A stretch of 37,627 bases of DNA, taken from NCBI RefSeq assembly GCF_004010195.1, contig NW_025213945.1, forward strand, positions 1 to 37,627, written 5' to 3'. Source of the stretch: Chiloscyllium plagiosum. Taxonomy: Eukaryota. Below the pieces are notes generated by a model. That model did no database searches, was not told where the DNA came from, and saw nothing but the letters and a program-made list of their open reading frames with translations. Position 1 is the stretch's first letter. Each line of letters starts with the position of its first letter. Below, in pieces: positions 11,760 through 23,199 of the stretch. Made by a program: the position numbers and the translations under genes.

Positions 11760-12240
11760 AAACGGGAAAGGTTTCAGAAAAGATTTACAAGGATGTTGCC
11801 AGGATGGAGGATTTGAGCAATAGGGAGAGGCTGAACAGGCTGGTTCTCCTTTTCCTGGAGCGTCAGAGGGGGGGGGGGGGGGGGTGGTCTTATAGAGGTG
11901 TGCAAAATCATGACGGGTAAATAGGCATGGGTAGGGTAAATAGGCAAAGTCTTTTCCCTTGAGTCGAGGAGTCCAGAACTAGAGGGCATAGGATTAGGGT
12001 TAGAGGAGAAAGATATAAAACAGACCTATGGGGCAACGTTTTCACACAGAGGGTGGTAGTTGTATGGAATGAGCTGCCAATACAATCTTTAAGAGGCAGG
12101 TGGATGGGTATATGAGTAGGAAGGGTTTGGAGGTATATGAGGTGGCTGCGGGCAGGTGGGACTCGATTGGGTTGGGATATCTGGTCAGCATGGAAGGTTT
12201 GGACCGAAGGTTTCCATGCTGTACATCTCTATGACTCTTT
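11760..12240 (+). mobile_element. CR1 3' end inserted into the PLE
   Basis: ERLNRL, 'tccagaactagagggcatagg' (RTRGH), 'ttttcacacagagggtggt'; ends with 'ctgtacatctctatgactct'. Confidence 0.9.
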
Positions 12241-12670
12241 GGCTCGACAGCCTTATCTACCACCTCGGAACGCTTCTACGACATGTAATCAAATTTGAGA
12301 AACACCAACTGCATCATGTCCCCTCCCACTATCTGATCCCAGATCTAACACTCTAAATTGACACAGTTCTCTTGTTCTGTCCTTCCTGCCCATCTTCCTT
12401 CCCACTTGACCACTCCACCCTCCCCACCGACCTATCACAATTGTCCTTCCCTGCATCCACCTATCGACTTCCGATCTATCTTATCCACAAGTCCCACCCC
12501 ACTTCCCTATTTATCTCTCAGATCATTTGCCCGTCTGCATTCCTTTTCACGGGCTTACATTCGAAACTTCGATTCGCCTGCTCTTCAGATGTTGACTGAC
12601 ATACTGTGCTTTTCCAATGCCACAGTCTTTAACTCTGACTCTCCAGCATCTGCATTCATACCTTTTCTTA
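12241..12670 (+). mobile_element. PLE 3' end (GIY-YIG tail, pyrimidine-rich UTR, decayed terminal module)
   Basis: LIYHLGTL motif and terminal 'ctccagcatctgca' shared with the other PLE termini in the window. Confidence 0.75.
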
Positions 12671-13566
12671 ATGAATGAGTTAGTGCAATATAGGTAGCAA
12701 TTAAATCAGTACGGCCGTGAAATTATAAAATGATATAAATATCTTATTCACATGGGGCAAACAGAGTGAAATGTTGTTCAATGTAGGGAGGCGGGGAGTA
12801 ACTTAGGTTGTCGTATTTATGACTTCAACACTTAAGAAAAAAACATTGTATATGTTTGGAACTGCTTTCAGTAAAATGAATATATCCCAAGACAATTTTA
12901 ATTTTTACAGCAAACTTACAATAATATGTTACCTTGTCCACTTTATCCTACGCCAAGCACTGTTAAACGCTGGGGACATTTGTTTTCCTGACTGTTGGCT
13001 GAGCGAATACGATAAAGTCCTGTGCACTGTCCCCTTTACAATTTAGCTTCTGACCTATCACTGCTGAGTCGAAGTTTAAATCGAAGCATCTTCTGATCTG
13101 ATGATTGTCTGATGATGCTGTGAAAATCCCCTCTCATTCTGTCCCTCTCCGGCTGAATGCTTGAGGGCGTTCATCCTCCACCAGCCCCTGCAAAGTGCTG
13201 TGGGGAGGCCGGCAGAGAGAGGAATGGTATCACTGTTAAGACAAAGGAGCTGCGTTGTGTAAATTGCACTCTTGCCTCAAATAATACTGATATTACTAAT
13301 GTTGGTGTCACCGAGTACATGCTCTTTTCATTTTAACCTGTATGTCTCGGTTTAAGTCTCTTGATCTCCACATCCTAACTTACTATAAGCTGCCTGGACT
13401 ATTCGTTAAAATAAACTTTTCTGTGTACTTCATGACACATCACAATATATCAATCAATTTAGACTTTCCAACGCATGACAGGAAGTTCGTGTTTTGGACT
13501 GCATTGAATTAGCAGCCATTAGAATTAGGCAGGTAATGTTAAAAGGAGTGCCACCATTTATAATAT

Positions 13567-13797
13567 TTAGCCGAATTTATTCAAAAAGCAAAGAATTCCT
13601 GTGACCAGGTATTTTGCTGTGTAACTAATCTTTCGCTCTGAACCGAGTCAATGTTGCTATGTAAATAAATGTGTTTGTGCAACAACAGTCGCGATAATAA
13701 CCATCAGGTGGGTAGCTGCCATAACCACCAGGTAGCGAGTCGTGCAAGGTGACACACCGCACTTTCCCCAGGCATGTATTGCAATTGCTATCAAATG
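13567..13797 (-). pseudogene. GPR139-like class A GPCR pseudogene, exon 2 (TM1 end and TM2 fused to TM7 and C-tail)
   Basis: First frame: LIAIAIHAWGKCGVSPCTTRYLVVMAATHLMVII (compare AIVILSRGKCGLSxCxTRYLVAMAxADLLVII as recalled for shark GPR139-like proteins). After ~13688 a second frame reads CCCTNTFIYIATLTRFR (TM7 and helix 8), then KYLVTGILCFLNKFG*. Confidence 0.8.
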
Positions 13798-13849
13798 GGA
13801 ACAGAAGCAATGAATTACTGATCATAATTCCCCCCGCCTATTCTACAGA

Positions 13850-14210
13850 ACAACAGTAAGATTTTATTGCCTTAACGTAGAATTTACCAGCTTCTAAATC
13901 TCCCATCAACCTATATCATCCCAGGCACAGCCCTCCTTCTCCATCTCACTACCTTGATCTGACTCGACCTGTCCATCTTCCTTGCCACCTATACTTTCCA
14001 GTCTTCCCACTGATCAATCACAGACAACTCCGGCTTGCTTCCACCTGTTGCTATCTCACATATATTTCCAAAAGCCATACCTGCCCATTTATTTCTGAGT
14101 CCCCTTCCCCCTCTCGAGGCCTGATGAAATATTTCAAACTGAAACGTCGACTCCCACGTCCTCTGATGCTGCCTGACCTGCTGTAGGTTCTTCTGGCTCA
14201 ACTCTTTGCC
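13850..14210 (+). mobile_element. PLE 3' end with decayed hammerhead, inside the GPCR intron
   Basis: 'cctgatgaaatatttcaaactgaaacgtcgactc...gatgctgcctgacctgctg' at ~14120-14183; core retained, stem II destroyed. Confidence 0.75.
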
Positions 14211-14699
14211 CACTATCAAACGTGCATTCGAATGGGTGGAGTCGATTCTGACAGTTTTCAGCTCCAAAACTGTCAGGTGCAGAGTCTGTTAGAAATCTCG
14301 CTACCAAATCAGTCATCGGACCCGTGATTGAACTATCAATAGAACAAACTCTCTCTCAAGCCATTCTCTGCTCTTATCATTGGATGAAATCCTGATCAGA
14401 GCCTCCATAGGATTAGGAAACAGGTCATCAAAATGTCTACAGGATCTTAAATAGGACTGTTCCATGTTTTACACGAGGGAAGCATTACAGGACTCCCTTC
14501 GTAACAACGTGAGAGTGTTTGGACTGCTATGATCTTTGCGTTGTAAATCTACACATCTGCACATGACATACATCTCAACGTAAATGTCGCAGGAGGACAC
14601 TCTGTCAAGATTTCAATCCACTGATCATAGATTCTGGGGAGGAGAGCATTTCCAGAAGGATGGTGGTTAGATGAAGTAATAGAAATGAAAAAGGGCGTT

Positions 14700-15060
14700 T
14701 TCCTCTATTCCTATTGTTGAACAAAAAATGTACTATCGACTTTAAAATTCATAACTGATCCAGCATCTACTGTAGGAAATAGAGTTCCAAACCTGTCCGT
14801 CCTTTCTGTTCAGAAGTTCCTCTTTACACCTCTGAACCTCATTCTAACACTAAGCTCCCACATTCTAGAATCCGCCACCAATGGAAATAGTTCATGCTTT
14901 CCTGTCTTCTCCTTTTAATATTTGTAGAACATCGTCAGAACACGAGTCTTGAGAAAACAGGCCTAATTTGAAAATCAAATTAAAAATTTCCCGGCAGCAT
15001 CCGTGAAGACAAAGCAGAGGCAATGCTTCGCTTCAAGTGACCCTTCTTCAGAGCTAACTT
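14700..15060 (-). mobile_element. Old CR1 3' remnant followed by a PLE terminus remnant (14990-15055)
   Basis: Reverse complement 'ctgaagaagggtcacttgaagcgaagc...gatgctgcc' resembles a PLE terminus. The preceding part resembles the CR1 ORF2 tail. Confidence 0.45.
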
Positions 15061-15317
15061 GCGTGATCTGTCCTCGTACTTTCAATCCGGATGAAAACAG
15101 AATCGATGACAGAACACTAAGATTAGAAAATGCTGCAGCTGGGTGTCCCTGTAAGTGGTGAATTGTACCTAGAATGCTGTTGAATGAATTGCTGTCACTC
15201 TTCTCGTGCTTGGATAGGCTAACCACCCAGGGAGCTGGAGACATTGTTGTTGAAAAGCAAAAAACAGAGAGCATATCATCAGCAGATTAAAACAATTTCA
15301 ATGTCATAATGCCATAA

Positions 15318-15383
15318 CAGGAACGCCAATAAAAGCAAGCGTGGTGTAGAATACCTTCTCCGCTTTTGAATTCGTAGATGCAT
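15318..15383 (-). pseudogene. GPR139-like GPCR pseudogene, exon 1
   Basis: ATG CAT CTA CGA ATT CAA, then a 1-nt frameshift into AEKVFYTTLAFIGVP. The 'Y..LA.IGVP' exon end is typical of this family. The donor is degenerate (CCTG/ttatgg). Confidence 0.75.
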
Positions 15384-15439
15384 TTTCCCATGTGCGGCGA
15401 TCTGTCCCTGCAGGCAGCTGGCAAGCTCCTCGTTTGAAA

Positions 15440-15476
15440 CACTGAGCTGATATATTCCCAGAGACGTTGCTTTATA
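15440..15476 (-). promoter_or_regulatory. Candidate TATA box and initiator of the GPCR pseudogene
   Basis: Minus-strand TATAAA at 15476-15471, an Inr-like TCAGT about 30 nt downstream, and the ATG about 90 nt downstream of the TATA. Confidence 0.4.
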
Positions 15477-15617
15477 CTGTGTGGAAGCTCCTTGTGGAGA
15501 TTGAGGTCACAACATTTCTCAGCTTTGTTGTTTTTTCTTTCAAATTTCTGTTAGTCAACAAATTTATTACAGTAACTCGTTTAATCCCAGTTATGGAGGA
15601 ACATAATTTGGAATCTG

Positions 15618-16234
15618 GAGTAGTGGTGCTGGATGAGCACAGCAGTTCAGGCAGCATCCGAGGAGCGAGGAGACTAGATGCCTCCTAGCAGAGCGCTTTA
15701 GGGAACTCTCCGGGACACCCGCACCAACCAACCACGCCACCCTATGGCCCAACATTTCAAATATCCCTCCAACTCTGCCGAGAACATGGAAGTCCTGGGC
15801 CTCCTTTACCGCCGCTCCTTCACCACCAGACGCCTGGAGGAAGAACGCCTCATTTTCCACCTCGGAAAACTTCAACCCCAGGGCATCAATGCGGACTTCA
15901 ACAGTTTCCTCATTTCCCCTTCCCCACCTCATTGCAGTTCCAAACTTCCAGCTCAGCACCGCCCTCATAACCTGTCCAACCTGCCTATCTTCTTTTCCAC
16001 CAATCCACTCTACCGTCCCCCCGAACGATCACCTTCATCCCCTCCCCCACTCACCTATTTTACTCTATGCTACTTTCTCCCCCACCCTCCTCTCACTTAT
16101 CTCTCCACCCTTCAGGCTCTCTGCCTGTATTCCTGAGTCGGTTTTACTGCTCCTCGGATGCTGCCTGAACTGCTGTACTCTTCTAGCACCACTAATCCAG
16201 AATCTGGTTTTCAGCATCTGCAGTCATTGTTTTT
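15618..16234 (+). mobile_element. 5'-truncated PLE with inverted 5' terminus and a perfect 17-bp target-site duplication
   Basis: acataatttggaatctg at 15601-15617 and 16235-16251. GIY-YIG tail AQHF...RRLEEERLIFHLGKLQPQGINADF. Segment 15615-15666 is inverted against ~16149-16200. Confidence 0.95.
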
Positions 16235-17129
16235 ACATAATTTGGAATCTGCCAGCAATAACACAGGCCGTTCAAACACCATAAGCCTCATCCCAACATC
16301 ACAAATTATTTTAACCGATGTTGCATCAAGACAGTTTATTACAAATATGAAAGCATATCTCAGACCTGTCCAGCTGTGCTCTCAGGTAGGAGCTGCCTTC
16401 TTCAAATTAGAGCATTTCACTTACTCATTAAAATGTGATTCTTATCATCCAAAGAATATGTGCATTGCTGCCGAGGTTAGCATTTATTCTCCATCCCCAA
16501 TTTCCCAGGATGTGGAATTAGACGAAGGAACACGTGAAGTGAACACACTGCCCTTTCTGATGGAAGAGGACCCAGTGCACATGATGGGTTACCAACAATG
16601 GAGAAATGGATGAGAATTTTAAATCCAAGTAAGGTAGCAATTTGAATTTAAGCATCTACAGTCGTGGATTTAAATCCTCACCCACAGAACACCAATCTCT
16701 AGCTTACAAGAAAAAGCAAACTAGTGATAATATGGCCATGCCACTCTCTGTACAGCTTGCAATGATATGTTTTAACAGCAAACTAATTCAGCACCGCTCA
16801 CAACTTCAAAAACGTAAACAGATTCATTTTCTGCATTTAATCGAAGTCAAATTCAAGCCACCACTAAAACTAAATAGCAACACATCGCATCATGTAAATT
16901 CTGAAACAAATGAAACTCATCCGGCGAACACATCCATTCCAGAAACAGATTCTTACACTCGTCCCAAGAAGAAAAGTCTGTACCAAACCTTCTCATCAGA
17001 TTGACAGACCTCCATATAGTACAGAACTTCTGGGAAATGCAGATGTTGAAACTGTGACTGTCAATCGAGATGCATCAGGGACCTCCCTTTTACTGTCACG
17101 ATCTAGCAGTTCCTTTAGTGTTGATACAC

Positions 17130-17412
17130 CGACAGTGCACTGACCACTCAGAACTAACCATCTGCCATTACGGCGATCCCGCAGTACTGCCACTCTGACA
17201 GTTCAGTGGTCCTCTGCGCAGGCACTCCAAAAGTGCAATACTCCCTCAATACTGGCCCTGTGTCAATGCAGCACTGCCTCAGTCCTGACCCTGCAGCAAG
17301 TCTTCACTTCCTTCGTACTGATTCTCTAACATGTGGCGTCACATTATTATTGACCCTCCAGTGGTGCATCATTCCTTCTGTACCGACGTTCCAACATTGA
17401 CACACTCACGTA
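17130..17412 (+). repeat. Highly degenerate ~33-bp minisatellite (~gacagtgcagcactccctcagtactgaccctct)
   Basis: Recurring 'cagtgca', 'ccctcaatactg/cagtactg' and 'gaccct' at about 33-bp spacing. Confidence 0.6.
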
Positions 17413-17419
17413 GTATGTG

Positions 17420-18595
17420 CGTCTTTGCACAAGGGACCGGGCTTCGATTCCAGCCTCAGGTGACAGTCTGTGTGGAGTTTTCACTTTATCCCCGTGTCTG
17501 CGTGTGCTTCCGTTGGGTGCTCCGGCTTCCAAACACAAGGTGAAATTGAGGAATGCAGAATCGAGAGATCAGAGTCGAGATTATGATGCTGGAAAAGCAG
17601 AGCAGGTCTGCCAGCATCCGAGGAGTAGGAGTATCGATGTTTCGGGCAAAGGTTTGTGGCTGGGAGGCTGAGAGATAAACAGAAGTCGGGTGGGGCTGGA
17701 GAGAAGGTGGCTTAGTAAGCAATATACGGATGAAGTTGAGGGAGAAGGTGAACGGTCGGACAGGAGGGTGCAGGGTGGATGGACAAGACAAAAAGACAGT
17801 GCCGATTTGGGGGCATGGCTCTGAGATAAGGTGGGGCGAGGGGAAATGAGTAAACTGTCAAATCCACATTAATCCCCTGCGTTTCCAATTTCGCAAGGTA
17901 GAATTTGAGGCGTGGAGGAAGACCTCCTACATCGCCAAAATGAATCACCCGATGCCTGGATGAAAACGGTTCATTTACCGCATTGGGAACCTGCAAACCA
18001 CACGGGATTAAAGCGGATTTCACCAATTTCATCACTTCCATTCACCCCACCTTATCCCAGTCCTCAACCTCCAACTTGGCACCGCCCTCTTGAATAATCT
18101 TTCATCATTTCTCTCTATCCACTCCACTCTCCTCTCCAATCTACCAAATCCTCCCCACCTTCATTTACCTAATGTATTCTAAGCTCCCTTCCCCCAGCCC
18201 CACCTTCTCCCATGTATATCTCAGTCCCGCCCACCGGCCCACAAGCCTCATTCGGAATGAAGGGCTGATGCAAGAAAAGTTGATTCTTCTGCTCCTAGAA
18301 TGCTATCTGAACTGCTGTGCATTTCCAGCACCACACTCTTCCTCCCACAATCCAAAGATGTGCAAGGTAGCTCGATAGGCCTTGCTAATTTCCACTTCTG
18401 ATGTAGTTTGGGTTAGTTGTGCTAGCTGTGGGAGAATGCACAATGTGTGGATAGGGAGAAGGTTTTGACCGGATGCACTTATTGGATGACAGGGCGGGTG
18501 ATGATTTTGGTTTTGATGTTTTTTGGAGGGTCACAGCGGACTTGTTGAGCTAAATGGTCTATTTCGACATTGTAAGGATTCTATGGCATTCTACA
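17420..18595 (+). mobile_element. HE1/V-SINE split by a PLE (SINE parts ~17420-17530 and ~18339-18595)
   Basis: B-box-like 'gcttcgattcc', 'tctgtgtggagttt...ccccgtgtctgcgtg...gggtgctccgg', resuming at 'ttcctcccacaatccaaagatgtgca'; CR1-like 3' tail. Confidence 0.85.
17535..18338. mobile_element. PLE 3' region present in both orientations, inserted in the SINE
   Basis: 17545-17905 is a minus-strand PLE 3' end (ETQGINVD) and ~17965-18338 is a plus-strand PLE 3' end. Confidence 0.8.
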
Positions 18596-18988
18596 ATACT
18601 CACCACTGATGGGAAAAATTATGAAAGCTATAAAGGGTAAGATGTTTTTATTGATGATGGAATCTAGAATCATGCATTACCATTTTGGAATGATGGACAA
18701 ACATTCTTCTTACTCAGTGTGTCTGCATTTTGTACGGCTCTGACAGAAAGTTTAAAGTCAGGCTGTGAGTGTTTCCATGATCAAGATTGATCGATTATTG
18801 ATGATGGGTAATATGCAGGGTAAAAGGAATTAAATAGAACAACTGTTCAACTTACCATAATTGTATTGCTTGGAAGATAGTCATGATGATCCGAATTGTC
18901 TCTGCTGTTAATTTTTTCTGCATCTTCATTCCTCGTTCCCACCCTGTTCCCAAAGTGTTGTGGTATACTTTACCATATACTTTACAAT

Positions 18989-19267
18989 GATTAGATTAGA
19001 TTACATCACAGTGTGGAAACAGGTCCTTCGGCCCAACAAGTCCACACCGACCCGCCGAAGCGCAACCCACCCATATCCCTACATTTACTCCTTACCTAAC
19101 ACTACGGGCAATTTAGCATGGCCATTTCACCTGACCTGCACATCTTTGGACCGTGGGAGGAAACCGGAGCACCTGGAGGAATCCCACGCAGACACGGGGA
19201 GAACGTGCAAACTCCACACAGTCAGTCGCCTGAGGCGGGAATTGAACCCGGGTCTCAGGCGCTATGA
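18989..19267 (-). mobile_element. HE1/V-SINE, relatively well preserved, 5' end (A box) missing
   Basis: Reverse complement has B box 'gggttcaattccc', the V-domain 'tgtgtggagtttgcacgttctccccgtgtctgcgtggg', a CR1-like 3' end and an (AATCT)n tail. Confidence 0.92.
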
Positions 19268-20835
19268 TATAAACTATACTTGTCTTCCATGTCATTTGGG
19301 TTCCAGCTGACACTTCATCTTCTCCTACCCGCTCCAAAAGCGGTGGTAGATGCAAAGGAATCAGATGCAGTGATGCAGCGGAAGATTTTCATTCAAATTC
19401 CGCCTATCATCAACATCAACTCCATGGAGTAAACCATTATATGTACCAAAAGGTGTCAGAAATTCCGGACCTCAACTTTTCCAGCACAAACACTAAGGTT
19501 GAGAGTGTTCTGAGCAAGATCCTTGGGTGCATATAGAGAGTTAGTCTGTACTGACAGAAGACCCTGATAGAGCATCGAGCAGGGAGCTCCAAGTTAGTTC
19601 CTGCGTGTCTCTCCCAAAGCTGTCCTGCACTACTATGCTGGATGCATGTAATGCTGCACGGAGGTCCCTGAGTTGGCTCAGGATCCTGCTACATTTCAGA
19701 GCTCAGTGAATAGCACAGGACCAGGCAGATAGTCAGTACTGCTATCACAGCCTAAGCAAAGCTCAGTGACTTCTGAATTATGTGTCTGATGGTCATAACT
19801 TCCTATACGATGTCTCTCTAGTGGTCGATGCGTTCTGAGTGATGTCTCTGTATTGTTCGGTGTATTCTATATGAAATCTCTTTATTGGTTAGCATCTTCT
19901 GAATGGTGCCGCTATACTAATCTCTGCACAGTTCCTTCTGTTCTGAGTGTTTTGTCCCCGGCCCATGATGCAGTCAATGGTATCAATATATCATGCTGCA
20001 TGGAAACGGATCCCTGCACCGTCCAATTGATGCCTCCTGCAGGCTCGAGTTGATATGACCTCATATCCGGAACCTGAAGGTGCCTCCCACCTTCCTCAGG
20101 AGAAAACCTAAACAGACAACAACATGGAATTACCTGTAAAACATTGCTTCATGATGCACCCCAACTGAATCCCAAACTTCTCCATGGCCATGTACCTTTG
20201 TTATCGCCTTCCTCTGTTTTTCTCTTTCAATTGCTCTGTGTTTCTTTCGTCTGTGTCTTCCACTGTCATTCTCTCTGTATAAATCAGTCTCACATTCTCA
20301 CTGTCTGCGTGCACATCCTTCCATTTTCTCCATTCCTCACGTTTTTTTTTTGTAATTTTGTCCATGCCTTATTCTTCAAGTCTCCGAATATTTTTCTATC
20401 TCTTCCTAAATCTTATGTATATCGTATCCATTTTGCTTTCCCTGTTGGTGCAATTTCAATCTCTCTCTGTCTGACGATCTGAGAATGGGTGTGAGCCCCT
20501 TTTTTTTCCGAGAGCCTCTTCAGGTTCTGGCAACATCATGTTAAATTGAAGCTGGATGCGTGTGCTGAATTCATCGTCTTCTCAAATCACTCAGTGCAAC
20601 TGCAGGAGCAGAAGCTGTAGCCGATAGAGATGAATAACTGCGAACAGCAGAGGTGATTGTCAAGCAATTGGAAATGTGTCTTGCGGTTGCAATCAGCACA
20701 ACTCCGTTTTGGAGTAGCATGTGTTGCGAATCTCACCCTCATTAATAATCCAGGACATGTCCCATTGGTTCCAAGATAGCACGACTCTGGGGAGAGTTGT
20801 TGAACAGAGGGAATTTGGGGTGCAGATGCACAGTT

Positions 20836-22230
20836 CAGTTCGTCTGACCTCAGTGGTGGGAAAGATGCTGGAGTCAATTATAAATGATGCAATTACGACA
20901 CATCTCGATAGCAGTAGCAGGATAATTCAGACTCAGCATGCATTTATGAAGGGGAAGTCATGCCTGACTAAACTTCTGGAATTTTTTGAGGATGCAACTC
21001 TGAAGATGGAAAAGGGAGATCCAGTGGATGTGGTGTACCTGGACTTTCAGATAGCCATTGATAAAGTCCCACTTAGGAGGTTAGTGAGCAATGTTAGGGC
21101 GCATGTTATTGGGGGCAACGTTCTGACTTGGATTGAAAATTGGTTGGTTGACAGGAAACAGATTAGTGATAAACGGCTCCCTTTCGGAATGGCTGGCAGT
21201 GTAGAGTGGGGTGCCACAGGGATCAGTGCTGGGACCGCAGCTTTTTACAATATACATTAATGATGTAAAAGATGGTAATAATAGTAACATGAGCAAATTT
21301 GCTGATGATAAAACGCTGGGTGGTAGGATGAAATGTGAGGAGGATGTTAGGAGATTACAGGGTGATCTGGGCAGGTCAGGTGAGTAGACAGATGCATGAA
21401 AGATGCAGTTTAATGTGGATAAATGTATGGTTATCAACTTTGGTGGCAAGAACAGGAAGGCAGATTACTACCTAAATTGAGTCAAGTTAGATAAAGGGGC
21501 AGTACAAAGAGATCTATGTATTCTTGAACACCATTCAATGAAGGCAAGCATGCAGGTACATCAGGTCGTAAAGAAAGCCAGCAGCATGCTGGCCTTCATA
21601 ACAAGAGGGATTGAGTATAGAAGCAAAGGAGTTCTTCTGCCGCTGTACAGGGCCCTGGTGAGACCGCACCTGGAATATTGTGTGCAGTTCTTGTCTCCAA
21701 ATTTGAGGAAAGACATTCTGGCTATTGAGGGAGTGCTGCGTAGGTTTACGCGGTCAATTCATGGAATGGCGGGACTATCTTATTTTGAAAGATTGGAACG
21801 ACTGGGCTTGGATACCCTTAAGTTTAAAAGACTGAGAGGGGATCTGATTGAGATGTATAAGATTATTAAAGGATTGGACACTCTGGAGGCAGGAAACATT
21901 TTTCTGCTGATGAGTGCGTGCCGCACCAGAGGACGCAGCTTAAAAATACGGGGTATACCTCTTAGGACAGAGATGAGGAGAAACGTCTTCACCCAGAGAG
22001 TGGTGGTTGCGGTGAATGCTCTGCCCCAGAAGGCAGTGGTGGTCCTGTCTCTGCATTCATTTAAAAAGGAGTTGGATAGAACTCTCAAAGATAGTGGAAT
22101 CTCAAGGGTTATGGACATAAGGCAGGAACAGGATACTGATTAAGGATGATCCACCATGATCATAATGAATGGTGGTGCAGGCTCGAAGGGCAGAATGGCC
22201 TACTCCTGCACATATTGTCTCTTGCCTATT
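20836..22230 (+). mobile_element. CR1 ORF2 RT domain to 3' end, 5'-truncated, disrupted
   Basis: [66 protein letters not shown]. Same subfamily 3' UTR as 2972-3420. Confidence 0.97.
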
Positions 22231-22900
22231 GACAAAGTGGAGTCAGAGGGCGATATGTTCGCGAAGAAGGCATTTTGCATTATTGACTTCATTTGTCAGA
22301 GTATTGACTATAGGCTTTGGGACATCACCTTGACGTTATGTTGGACATTGGGGAGGCCACCTTTAGAATACTGCTTCACAGATCTGTTCCTTTGTCTTCC
22401 GAAGAATGTTGCTTTCTGAGAAAGATTGTAGGTTAAATTCACAACGATATTCTTGGTACTGGTGGGATTGAGTTATACGGTGACGTTGGATAAGTTGAGA
22501 CTTTTCTTGCAGAGAATACCAGAGGAGTGGCGACGTTGTAGAATTTATAAAGTCATGAAAGACAGGGATAAAGTGAATTGCCAAGATCTTCTACCCAGTA
22601 CAGAGAGTCCAAAACTACAGCACATTGGTTGAAGATTAAAGAGAAAGGATTCAAATCAGCCCTGAGAGGGAATTTCCTTTCACAAAGGATGGTGTATGGA
22701 TGGAACGAGCTGCCAGAGGAAGTGGTAGCGGTGGTCACAATTATAAATTTAAACACATTGGACAGATACACAGATAGGAAAATTTGAAGTGATATGTGCC
22801 AGGCGTCGGCAGGTGGCACTATTTAACTGAAAGATACTCGTATGAACGAGTTGGTGAAAAACGTCTGTTTCCGTGTCGTATGACCCTGACTCTGTGACTC
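22231..22900 (+). mobile_element. Older CR1 3' half that hosts the 20836-22230 copy (its first part is ~20790-20835)
   Basis: 20790-20835 (VEQREFGVQMH) continues at 22231 with KKAF..FICQSIDYR..LGRPPLEYC..NFLSQRMVYGWNELP. Confidence 0.85.
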
Positions 22901-22944
22901 TGAGGGTGTACCTGGTCCAGAAACAATCAGTTGCTGACCAAAAA

Positions 22945-23130
22945 GGAATAGATAATAGAGTCAAGCAACACGAAAACAGACCCTTCAATCCATTCAGTCC
23001 GTGAGAACCATAGTCCCAAACTTACTTGGTCCCACCTGCTTGCTCTTGGTCTGTATCCCCCCAAACGTTTCCTATTCATGTGCTTATCCAAATCTATTTT
23101 AAACGTTGCACCTACAAGAACGAATTGTTG
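22945..23130 (-). mobile_element. CR1 3' UTR fragment
   Basis: Reverse complement FKIDLDKHM and a UTR like that of 12080-12240. Confidence 0.75.
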
Positions 23131-23199
23131 AACACCCTTCACAATTCTTTACATTCTGGAAATTCTGCCTCTTGTTGACTGAAAGAACATATTGTATTC

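Noticed and set aside
14118..14155. Additional active hammerheads (also 9690, 18250, 26406, 35040)
   Set aside because: Each has a broken stem II, a mutated core or a missing cleavage nucleotide; counted as relics only.
15131..15157. Plus-strand 'gctgggtgtccctgtaagt' resembling a GPR139-like exon 1 end (GVP plus donor)
   Set aside because: The upstream sequence lacks the Tyr/hydrophobic TM1 pattern, and I found no plus-strand exon 2.
16158..17143. ORFs of 151, 120 and 77 aa as exons
   Set aside because: The first begins in a PLE terminus; none has recognisable motifs or convincing splice boundaries.
19225..19267. tRNA gene suggested by a B box
   Set aside because: It is the tRNA-derived head of an HE1/V-SINE, with no complete cloverleaf.
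20721..22143. 179-aa and 201-aa ORFs as host genes or an active RT
   Set aside because: Pieces of a 5'-truncated CR1 ORF2 with stops and frameshifts.
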